NCBI GenBank assembly: GCA_001904745.1
Contig: MRCD01000119.1
Location: 1,749 to 25,748, forward strand
Direction: 5' to 3'
Source of the DNA: Calothrix sp. HK-06
GTDB lineage: Bacteria > Cyanobacteriota > Cyanobacteriia > Cyanobacteriales > Nostocaceae
DNA length: 24,000 nt
Numbering within the stretch: the first letter of the stretch is position 1; each line of letters starts with the position of its first letter. Positions 8,046 to 15,418 of this stretch are shown piece by piece. Below the pieces are notes generated by a model. The model was given only the letters and a program-made list of their open reading frames with translations. It had not been told where the DNA came from and did not search any database. Position numbers and translations under genes: made by a program.

Positions 8046-8047
8046 TT

Positions 8048-10216
8048 ATGGATAGCAATTCATTAATACTTTATGTTAATAACGCGCGCGCTGCTGGGTA
8101 TTCAAGTCAGCAAATAATTGAAACAGTTGAAGCAACTGGTAATATTGCCGCTACATCATATGTTAGTAGTTTAGTTCAGCAACTTGAGTTTCGTGATAAG
8201 CTTTGCCGAACTACGATTAAGTATGACCAGAACTTTTTATATGAAAGTGTATACATTGCAGTGCTTTCGGGCATGGCTAATGATGATATCCTTCATACTT
8301 GTGGAGAATATTGTGATGTAGAAGATTATGCTTTTTGTAAGTTAGCTTTGCGCCATATTTTAGTCCATCGTGTGCCAAGCGAAGCGGAAATAGCAGTGTT
8401 TTTGATGGATTTAAAAAATAAATTTACTCAAATTGATAGCGTATTTAATTTAATTAAAGAAACAATTAATGAACACTATTTATCATTAATACGTAAAGCA
8501 TTTTTAGAGTGGTATATATATCCAGCATTTGTACAAGGTCAAGATATTAATTTCTTTTTATCGCTTGCTGATAAATGTGGTGATATTAGAATTGCTGATT
8601 ATTGTCGGCGTACTGCTGACAAAATATCAATACAAAAGCATGGCATTCGGTTAGATTTAAATGTATCTGGAAGTTTGGCTTCATTAACTGTTGATGAAAA
8701 TACGGTTCCTGTTGCCGAAATTCAGGCAAATCCAAATCAACCTTCAATTGACGAAGCAGGCAAGTTACTAGTTGAGGTACTAAAAGATTTTAAAATTGAA
8801 GCCGAGTTGGTTGGCGCCGTTAGTGGTCCAACGTTTAATCGTATCGAAGTTAAGCTTGGTCGTGGAGTTAAATTCGGCAGCGTCGCGAATTTTAGTGACG
8901 ACTTGATGCAGCAACTCGGTGATGAGTTGGGTATTGACAAGGCGCCGATGATTAGCAGTATTAAAGGTCGGACGGCTTTTGATATACCTAAATTTAACCG
9001 TAAAACTGCTTATTTTAAAGATTATGCTGATTTTGATACCCAAATTGATATTCAAAAAATATTGATACCTGGTGGCATTGATGTAAATGGTCAATACTAC
9101 AAAATCAACTTTTGTGATGACAATTCGCCGCATATGATGGGTGGTGGTCGTACTCGCAGTGGCAAGTCCCAGTTTTTAAAAAGTGGGATTATGTACTTGG
9201 CTCGACGTTATCCTCCGTCTGTAGTACGTATGGTGCTATCTGATGTAAAGCGTGTTACATTTGGTAAATTTAAGAATTTGCCGCACTTAATAGGCGACGT
9301 TTGTAAAGATGCCAAATCTACGGCTGATATGTTGGATTTTTTGGTAGCGGAAATGGAATTACGCTATCAGGAGTTTGAGCGATGGGAGCATAGTGGTATT
9401 GAAAACATAAACCAATATAATAAATTGCATTTTGATAATCATGTAATGCCTCGTATTATTTGTTGGATAGATGAAATATCTGAATTATTGAGTGACGAGG
9501 GCTATAGTGCGCGTATAGAAAAGTCACTTGCTTCGTTGTTACGTAAAGCTGGAGCTGCGGGTATACATGTTGGTGCGTACACACAGCGACCTGATGCTGG
9601 CGCATTAAAACCACAGATTCGGTCAAACTTTCCTGCAAAAACAGCGTTTGCAGTTGCGAGGCCAGAGGATAGTAAAATAATTTTAGGCGACCCCAATGAT
9701 GAGCGTGCTAAAGATTTGTTAGGTAGAGGTGATTTTATATTGCGTACTCCTGAAGTTGATGTACGGTTGCAGGCTTTGTACCTCGACGATGCGGATGATA
9801 TTGAGTATTTTAATCAAATAACGGAGGAAATAATAAATGCTACTGACCCATATACAGCATGGGATTCAGGGTTGAGTTTTGATGAATTTATTGAACAACT
9901 GTATTTGAATCAGGATACCACTGACCCTCATGCTGTTGATAGGATTGTCACCAATAATCAAATCAAAAATGGGAAAAACAAAACTAATTTTAATTCATCA
10001 TTTCAATTTAGTGTGGAATTAGATGCTCGTGCTAAGGACACAATAGAGACGTTATGGCGCCGGGGGTATAATGCAAATCAAATTACGGCTGAGGTGTTTG
10101 GTAAGTCAAAGGGAGGACGTGACGGTGATAGGAAATTTGAGAAAAATAAGAAGGTGGTAGAAAAATATATTTCTGATTTGAGTACCAATAAGGGTGAGGT
10201 GGACGATGATATATGA
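8048..10216 (+). CDS. FtsK/SpoIIIE-family DNA translocase (TraB/Tra-like)
   Basis: GPTFNRIEVKLGRGVKF, Walker A PHMMGGGRTRSGKSQ, VRMVLSDVKRVTF...LPHLIGDV...EMELRY, Walker B ICWIDEISELL, and AGIHVGAYTQRPDAG...IRSNFPAKTAFAV...DSKIILG...LLGRGDFIL all follow the FtsK motor-domain pattern. No obvious N-terminal TM region. GGGAGG RBS. Confidence 0.9.
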   Translation: MDSNSLILYVNNARAAGYSSQQIIETVEATGNIAATSYVSSLVQQLEFRDKLCRTTIKYDQNFLYESVYIAVLSGMANDDILHTCGEYCDVEDYAFCKLALRHILVHRVPSEAEIAVFLMDLKNKFTQIDSVFNLIKETINEHYLSLIRKAFLEWYIYPAFVQGQDINFFLSLADKCGDIRIADYCRRTADKISIQKHGIRLDLNVSGSLASLTVDENTVPVAEIQANPNQPSIDEAGKLLVEVLKDFKIEAELVGAVSGPTFNRIEVKLGRGVKFGSVANFSDDLMQQLGDELGIDKAPMISSIKGRTAFDIPKFNRKTAYFKDYADFDTQIDIQKILIPGGIDVNGQYYKINFCDDNSPHMMGGGRTRSGKSQFLKSGIMYLARRYPPSVVRMVLSDVKRVTFGKFKNLPHLIGDVCKDAKSTADMLDFLVAEMELRYQEFERWEHSGIENINQYNKLHFDNHVMPRIICWIDEISELLSDEGYSARIEKSLASLLRKAGAAGIHVGAYTQRPDAGALKPQIRSNFPAKTAFAVARPEDSKIILGDPNDERAKDLLGRGDFILRTPEVDVRLQALYLDDADDIEYFNQITEEIINATDPYTAWDSGLSFDEFIEQLYLNQDTTDPHAVDRIVTNNQIKNGKNKTNFNSSFQFSVELDARAKDTIETLWRRGYNANQITAEVFGKSKGGRDGDRKFEKNKKVVEKYISDLSTNKGEVDDDI

Positions 10217-10682
10217 TTTGATAATGCCTTTACCTCCAACAATGAACGAAATCATCGAAAGCGCGCGTTCGGGGTGGCAAATAAATGCTGCACTAAAAAA
10301 GAAGTGGACTAATTTGATTGGCGCCTTTGTGACTGAGTGCGATTTTGAATTATTGGGTGTGGTGTGGATTGAATTCCATTGGCATTTAAAGAATTATGGG
10401 CGCGATGCAGATAATGTTGCAGCGGCAGCTAAGTTTATTATGGATGGTCTGCAACAAGGTCGGGCGATAAAAAACGATAATCTTACAATTATCCAATCTC
10501 CTGTACCTCATTATTATCATCGTAGCGAAGGTGATGATGGGGTGAAGGTTAGATTGTCTGATACACCAGATTTTTTGTTAGAAAGCTTTATTGATGCGAA
10601 TCAATACTCAAACATTGCTTTAAGTCAACTAAGTAAAAAAATAAGTAAAATCTTGGGAATAGATTCATTCAATGGAGTTTGA
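10206..10682 (+). CDS. rusA: RusA-like Holliday-junction resolvase
   Basis: MIYDLIMPLPPTMNEI... and GRDADNVAAAAKFIMDGLQQGRAIKNDN parallel E. coli RusA (LPWPPSNN... [25 protein letters not shown]). The ATG at 10206 lies inside the last codons of the FtsK-like gene, which ends at 10216. Confidence 0.72.
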   Translation: MIYDLIMPLPPTMNEIIESARSGWQINAALKKKWTNLIGAFVTECDFELLGVVWIEFHWHLKNYGRDADNVAAAAKFIMDGLQQGRAIKNDNLTIIQSPVPHYYHRSEGDDGVKVRLSDTPDFLLESFIDANQYSNIALSQLSKKISKILGIDSFNGV

Positions 10683-10709
10683 TGTATGATTAAATTAAGT
10701 GAGTAAGCG

Positions 10710-10916
10710 ATGGCTATAGCAGTATTTGTAGTAATGTGTCTTCTGTATATATCTCAAGCATGGAGCAGGCGTAATATATTAGATATAGCGAATGCAATTC
10801 TTGCGGCTGTTATTGCGGGATATTATTTTAAAATGGCAGGATTTGTAATTTATTTATGTATCAACATTCTGCTATTTAAGTTTGAGGATTTACGAGCGAG
10901 AAATAGATTTAGATAA
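10710..10916 (+). CDS. small two-TM membrane protein (68 aa)
   Basis: Hydrophobic ORF in operon orientation. Weak RBS. Confidence 0.45.
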   Translation: MAIAVFVVMCLLYISQAWSRRNILDIANAILAAVIAGYYFKMAGFVIYLCINILLFKFEDLRARNRFR

Positions 10917-10928
10917 TTTGAGGAGGTA

Positions 10929-11123
10929 ATGATAACGCCCTTTATATTGGGTAATCATGAAATGAAGAATGGAGCGGTTACTGCTACCTATGTTGATAAG
11001 GAAGGTAGACCAACTCAAAAATTGGGAGAAGCAAAGGTATTCGATGCTCGTAGTGATGCAGAAATGTATGCTGTTCAGAAAGACATTGAAGCAAACGTAA
11101 TTATAGTGAAAGGAGAAAAGTAA
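10929..11123 (+). CDS. small soluble hypothetical protein (64 aa)
   Basis: GAGGAGG RBS directly upstream. TAATG overlap with the next gene. Confidence 0.55.
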   Translation: MITPFILGNHEMKNGAVTATYVDKEGRPTQKLGEAKVFDARSDAEMYAVQKDIEANVIIVKGEK

Positions 11124-11833
11124 TGACAGTGTGTAATGTCGTATTTAAGAGAACTCCCAAGTACGAAGAGATTCTGGATAAGTTGATGGGTGGAGCTAAT
11201 GTATATTTACAAGGCGCCACATGTACAGGTAAAAGCACGCTTGTTAGAGAGTTACAGTTCGATTTGGAGACAAGATATGTTTATGTGAGTGTACCAAGGG
11301 ATGCAAATTACTCAGTTTTATATAAAGTTTGTGAGAGTATAGCTGCACAACTGAATATTGAAGTTGAGTCTAAGTGTGTGGGTGGGGTTTCACCCGAAGG
11401 TACGTTACAAGCAATTAAACAGCTTGAGGAAAGAGTACTGTTTGTATTTGACGAAGTTGGCAATATTCAAAATTGCCACCCAGATGCGATAAAAGGAATA
11501 AACAAGTGGCTGCATGATTTATCTATGGTAGATGGTTGTCAAGTTGTGGTGGCATCTCAGACTACATTGGATAAGGCTTTGCCTCATTTCTTTGCTAATA
11601 AAAGTTGGCGAAATGTATTTGACATAGTTAGTTTAGACGATGTGAGTGCGGATTGCGAAAGTGTTGATATAAAATTAGCAATGCAGCAATGGATGAAACG
11701 GGAGTTATTAAAGGGTAAATATACAGAGTCTTTCCTGAAATTAATATCGATGGGTATTAATGGTGAACTAGAGTTACTCGATGCCATTCGTGCTGCAAGT
11801 TCGGTTGAATATTACAATATTAATGTGAGGTAA
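11123..11833 (+). CDS. P-loop (AAA-type) ATPase
   Basis: Walker A GATCTGKST and Walker B-like VLFVFDEVG. 236 aa. GGAGAAAAG RBS. Confidence 0.7.
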   Translation: MTVCNVVFKRTPKYEEILDKLMGGANVYLQGATCTGKSTLVRELQFDLETRYVYVSVPRDANYSVLYKVCESIAAQLNIEVESKCVGGVSPEGTLQAIKQLEERVLFVFDEVGNIQNCHPDAIKGINKWLHDLSMVDGCQVVVASQTTLDKALPHFFANKSWRNVFDIVSLDDVSADCESVDIKLAMQQWMKRELLKGKYTESFLKLISMGINGELELLDAIRAASSVEYYNINVR

Positions 11834-11837
11834 TAAA

Positions 11838-12323
11838 ATGAATACTCAAATGTTAAATATTAGTGGAGCAATTGAGGATGTGGTAAATGGTGGTTTATTA
11901 TCATCTGATGAAATAACATCGTTATCTACAAGCTTGAAAAGGTTATCAGTAAACTTGAAAAATTGTGGTGAATCGCGAGAAGCAGCATCGTTCATGAATG
12001 ATGAGCAGGAATTATATAGTATATCAATTGCAGTAGCTGAATTAGTACGTGGTAATCAGGATTTGACTGATACAGTGTGGAGTATACTTTGCTGGTTACA
12101 TCAAAGTATGGGTGCTTTGGTATATCTAAAATTTCAATTGGAGGAGGTGATAAGGCATGATTTGAATGAGGTGCCGATTAGTAAAATTATGCCATTCATC
12201 GAATTGAAGATAGCTGATTTATTCAATGAGGATAGGCATTATAAACAAGCAGTGCGTTATTTGCGTGTACTGAATGATTTTTTGATTGAACAAGGAGTAC
12301 AGCAATGGAAAAAGTTATATTGA
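11838..12323 (+). CDS. hypothetical protein (161 aa)
   Basis: GTGAGG RBS. Operon context. No recognisable motif. Confidence 0.55.
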   Translation: MNTQMLNISGAIEDVVNGGLLSSDEITSLSTSLKRLSVNLKNCGESREAASFMNDEQELYSISIAVAELVRGNQDLTDTVWSILCWLHQSMGALVYLKFQLEEVIRHDLNEVPISKIMPFIELKIADLFNEDRHYKQAVRYLRVLNDFLIEQGVQQWKKLY

Positions 12324-12511
12324 TGGATGGTAGAGAGCAGTATTTGGGTAATTATGAAGGGTTTCCAATTGCAGTAACTCAAACAAACAATGGTGAAGGC
12401 TATTCTGCTTGGAAATATGGTGATAACGAAGCGACAACAGGACATGAAAACGCTGAAGTAGCATTGAAGAGTGTAAAAACAGAAATTGACGAATTATTAG
12501 TTAACCAATAG
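12305..12511 (+). CDS. small hypothetical protein (68 aa), last gene of operon
   Basis: Overlaps the upstream gene by 19 nt. Acidic, soluble. Confidence 0.5.
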   Translation: MEKVILMDGREQYLGNYEGFPIAVTQTNNGEGYSAWKYGDNEATTGHENAEVALKSVKTEIDELLVNQ

Positions 12512-12607
12512 TGGTAATCCAATTGGTGGACGTGTCTTGAAAACTTTTGTGCGAGGAAACCTCGACACACAAAGTTTCCGCTAGCAAGTTCGATTCTTGC
12601 TACCACT
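12510..12607 (+). ncRNA. tRNA-like element (aberrant tRNA-Phe(GAA)-like with a 20-nt insertion)
   Basis: 7-bp acceptor AGTGGTA(12510-12516)/TACCACT(12601-12607). Canonical T-arm GCAAG-TTCGATT-CTTGC (12584-12600). D-arm-like TCC-AATTGGT-GGA. GTGTC(12532-12536)/GACAC(12564-12568) stem with loop start TTGAAAA (anticodon GAA at 12539-12541), followed by the 20-nt insert 12544-12563, which contains a CGAGG-AAA-CCTCG hairpin. 15-nt variable region. No encoded CCA. Confidence 0.45.
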
Positions 12608-12786
12608 CTTGGAAATTGTGCGACTTGGATTCACTGAAAATTAATAGTACTTTACCAATTAATTATGAGTAAAAGTCAAATTAAAAGAGTATGTGATGGA
12701 TGGTCGCCGTTTCCATTTCCCTTCTAAATGCTGAGGCGTGAGTAATTGAATTAATTATTTATTTTGCAATCACATTTGGAGGAATT

Positions 12787-14073
12787 ATGTCGAAGAAACA
12801 ATCTAAGCTAGAAAGTTTGATTTTTGCTGTTGGTATTTCGTCAATTACAGCAATTGCTCTTGGTTGTGTTGGGTTTTACGGCGCCCTTAGCAATGGTCTT
12901 GTCAGTATGCGTAGTGCGGGAGAAAAGTTGCCAACACCAGATGCAAAAGTTTGGAATATTGGTAAATTTTCTTATAACGCGATTATTGCTGGCTTTGGGG
13001 GTGTTGGAATTGCAGTTGCTTCTGCTTATGTTGCTGGCAACTCTGCTGCCAATAAAGAGTACAAGCAAAAACGAATCGAAAGTTCTCAACGTCCACAGGA
13101 CAAAATTTCCTATATCCCTTCAGTGATAAATCATGAAGAGGAGCGAATCAACGTAGTTGAGGATACTAGAAAATTACACATGTTTCATTTTATCAAGAAT
13201 GAACAAATTGCTAGTGACGGAAAATTAATTGTTTTAGGCGATGTTACTTCTGGAGCAGCGTATATTGCGATTGTTAGTGATGAGCAGGCTAGTTTATTAA
13301 TGGAGTTATTTGATTGTGTTGGTGATGATGAGCTAATCGGGAAAGCTTTTACGTCATACTTTGTGACTGCGGAAGTTGCATTAATAGATTTTGTAGAAAG
13401 GCATACTAAATGTAAGCCTGCCATTGAAGAAGGATACACACTTGCCGATTTTGATTACTGCGTTGGGTGTATAAATCTTTGTTCTAAAAATTCTGTTATC
13501 TGTCCTTTACATGAGGAAGGGTGGTATGGCGAAGGTAATTGCCCTGATAGACAAGTTATTGATGGCTATCCAATGGCGCCATATGAAGACCAGGCTGTGA
13601 TTCGCGATTTAAACAAACGCATTGAATATAGCGGCGCATCGATTAATATTATCGATGACGGAACTATTATGCTTTGGGATGATATTACCAACAGACGTTT
13701 TGAGTTTGATTGGTTCGGTAAACGCCAACTACTGAGTGATTATCTTGACCAACTATTAAGTAACTTTGAAGCGTATATCGAGTATTACTCTAAACGTGAT
13801 AGAAGTTTTTTTACTGATTACAGTGCTTGTATAGACGAGCTAGCAGAGTCTCTAAAAGGGATTGGTTGCCTTCAGATTTGTGGTAAACAAAAAGATATCT
13901 ATCTAACTTTGTATAGAAACAAAGATTTGGGTATTAAGTTTGTGACACATGAATTTAATAGATACGGATTTCCAAAATATCCTTATCAGCGTAGGGCGCC
14001 TGTGGTTTTAAAGCCTGACCTGCTTACTTTTATCAACTACTTAGGTAAAAGCAAATCAAATCAAAAAGTGTGA
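12787..14073 (+). CDS. membrane-anchored hypothetical protein with a Cys-rich segment (428 aa)
   Basis: GGAGGA RBS. N-terminal TM helices. CVGCINLCSKNSVICPLHEEGWYGEGNCP suggests a metal-binding cluster. Confidence 0.65.
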   Translation: MSKKQSKLESLIFAVGISSITAIALGCVGFYGALSNGLVSMRSAGEKLPTPDAKVWNIGKFSYNAIIAGFGGVGIAVASAYVAGNSAANKEYKQKRIESSQRPQDKISYIPSVINHEEERINVVEDTRKLHMFHFIKNEQIASDGKLIVLGDVTSGAAYIAIVSDEQASLLMELFDCVGDDELIGKAFTSYFVTAEVALIDFVERHTKCKPAIEEGYTLADFDYCVGCINLCSKNSVICPLHEEGWYGEGNCPDRQVIDGYPMAPYEDQAVIRDLNKRIEYSGASINIIDDGTIMLWDDITNRRFEFDWFGKRQLLSDYLDQLLSNFEAYIEYYSKRDRSFFTDYSACIDELAESLKGIGCLQICGKQKDIYLTLYRNKDLGIKFVTHEFNRYGFPKYPYQRRAPVVLKPDLLTFINYLGKSKSNQKV

Positions 14074-14134
14074 TTGTTTAAATAGATAGCATTCCTTTTC
14101 TTCAATGGTGTGCTGTTGGTAGTTCATTCAATAA

Positions 14135-14181
14135 GGGGGTTAAGCCCCCCACTATTGGGTGAACCCTTTTAAAACACCCAA
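14135..14181 (+). terminator. two hairpins downstream of 12787..14073
   Basis: GGGGG(14135-14139)/CCCCC(14145-14149), and TTGGGTG(14155-14161)/CACCCAA(14175-14181) with an internal GGGT-ga-ACCC followed by TTTT. Confidence 0.35.
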
Positions 14182-14205
14182 CAGTACATTTATTTGGAGA
14201 CGACC

Positions 14206-14697
14206 ATGTTTAATCTTTTTACCTCAAACGCATTTGAAGTTGCACCTGCAATACAAACAATTAACGATATTCTTTTTCCTTGCGTTTTGTTTGGGATGAT
14301 ATTTATGTTTCTGTGTGTAATTTTCTTTGATAGTTCTTCAGTATTGAGTGATGAAGAGAATGTTGTCGCACAAAGTACTGAAATTTTAGCGGAAGCTATA
14401 GAAACTATAGTGCCTGAAGATTACCTTGAACAACAGCTTGCCTCAATGGTAGCTGTTATGGAACAGTATTCTCAACCCAAAGTAGAAGCAAAAGTCGATT
14501 TATTCGATGTGGAACCAGAAATCAAAAAATTGCGTACATTTGGCGCTCGTTCGCTGAAAGCATATTGTAAAGAGCATAAAATCAAAGGGTATTCAACAGC
14601 AGCTAATGCTGGAGTGGAATCTCTTGCTAAGTTTATGTTGGCACAACAGGTAAAAGCGTGCGATGTTCAAAGTTTTAGGTCGAAGTTTGTTGCTTAA
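14206..14697 (+). CDS. hypothetical protein with N-terminal TM helix and a SAP/HeH-like C-terminus
   Basis: ATG at 14206 with GGAG 7 nt upstream (the tracked start at 14194 is a TTG). The C-terminus LRTFGARSLKAYCKEHKIKGYSTAANAGVESLAKFM resembles a helix-extension-helix DNA-binding motif. Confidence 0.55.
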   Translation: MFNLFTSNAFEVAPAIQTINDILFPCVLFGMIFMFLCVIFFDSSSVLSDEENVVAQSTEILAEAIETIVPEDYLEQQLASMVAVMEQYSQPKVEAKVDLFDVEPEIKKLRTFGARSLKAYCKEHKIKGYSTAANAGVESLAKFMLAQQVKACDVQSFRSKFVA

Positions 14698-14801
14698 GTA
14701 GGTTTATGAAAAGCCTCAGCATTTACGTAGCGGAATAAACACGGAGCATAAAACATGAAAACTAAAAAAAACCAAACTTATAGGAAAATACTGAACTGTA
14801 A

Positions 14802-15260
14802 TTATTTAACCTCTGCGAATTCCTTGAGAAATCGTGTGACAGTCCTAATTGATAGTTTTAAGCCTTCTTTTTCCGCCATCTCGACAATAGCTTGCGAGCG
14901 CGCATGTCGCGACATCCCTTGGTTGAGCAGATTATTGTACTGTAAAACAATGTCAACTTTTTCTTTTACCCTTTTCCCTTTACTTCTAGAGCCAACTCTT
15001 GATAGTCCAAAACATACAAAATCAGCTTTTTCACGCCCTGTTAAAATGCTCTCAACCCACTGCTTTTTTACTGCCACTACAGTTGGAACTGATGCATTAG
15101 ATATAACAGATGTTTCATTTATACTTTTGCCATTTTTTATTGATAAAAGTATCTTTGCTCTTTTCGCGGCTGCTACATCTGCTTCATTCGCTATTACTTC
15201 CAAGTAATATTTCTCATCCTCCTTAAAATTAATGGCACACCCTTTTTTATCCAATAACAT
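14802..15260 (-). CDS. double helix-turn-helix protein (transposase-N-terminal-like or regulator), 152 aa
   Basis: Two HTH-like units (AKILLSIKNGKSINETSVISNASVPTVVAVKKQW and MSRHARSQAIVEMAEKEGLKLSIRTVTRFLKE) resemble the N-terminal DNA-binding region of IS630/Tc1-type transposases. No catalytic domain follows. GGAG RBS. Confidence 0.6.
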   Translation of the reverse strand: MLLDKKGCAINFKEDEKYYLEVIANEADVAAAKRAKILLSIKNGKSINETSVISNASVPTVVAVKKQWVESILTGREKADFVCFGLSRVGSRSKGKRVKEKVDIVLQYNNLLNQGMSRHARSQAIVEMAEKEGLKLSIRTVTRFLKEFAEVK

Positions 15261-15292
15261 CTTAATCTCCTCTTCAACTACTTAATATTTTT

Positions 15293-15321
15293 TTGGCAAA
15301 TTTAATAAGCTCTGTTATAAT
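15293..15321 (+). promoter_or_regulatory. near-consensus sigma70-type promoter with no ORF downstream
   Basis: TTGGCA (15293-15298), 17-nt spacer, TATAAT (15316-15321). Confidence 0.45.
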
Positions 15322-15349
15322 AAAATTCATGTAAGCCATTATACAAAAA

Positions 15350-15418
15350 GCCCTCATACTTTGACAAGGGCTTTTGGGAAAGTAGGGCAAACTAACAAAA
15401 TCCCCTACTTTTGTTTTC
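15350..15418. terminator. two tandem intrinsic-terminator-like hairpins (readable on both strands)
   Basis: GCCCT(15350-15354)/AGGGC(15367-15371) followed by TTTT. AGTAGGG(15381-15387)/CCCTACT(15403-15409) followed by TTTGTTTT. A-runs upstream of each hairpin make them plausible in the minus direction too. Confidence 0.45.

Noticed and set aside
7870-8055. 61-aa ORF in a second frame across the lysozyme/FtsK junction
   Set aside because: It is open only because the region is GC-rich structured DNA lacking stop codons. It overlaps the annotated gene and the FtsK start, and has no independent coding evidence.
12510-12607. tmRNA or two-piece tmRNA interpretation of the tRNA-like element
   Set aside because: It is only 98 nt, has no G3:U70 alanine identity pair and has no tag-peptide reading frame. 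An anticodon-type loop is present, which tmRNA lacks.
12665-12727. 20-codon micro-ORF MSKSQIKRVCDGWSPFPFPF downstream of the tRNA-like element
   Set aside because: It has a curious FPFPF tail but no Shine-Dalgarno sequence and no adjacent modification genes. It cannot be distinguished from chance in AT-rich spacer DNA.
2245-13439. Numerous 60-130-aa minus-strand ORFs inside the long plus-strand operon (for example 2245..2487, 4441..4830, 8780..9133 and 13185..13439)
   Set aside because: All are antisense to better-supported genes with RBSs and conserved motifs, and they have low-complexity or Cys-rich translations typical of shadow frames.
14755-15207. 150-aa plus-strand ORF
   Set aside because: It is entirely antisense to the double-HTH gene 14802..15260, which has a good RBS and recognisable HTH units.
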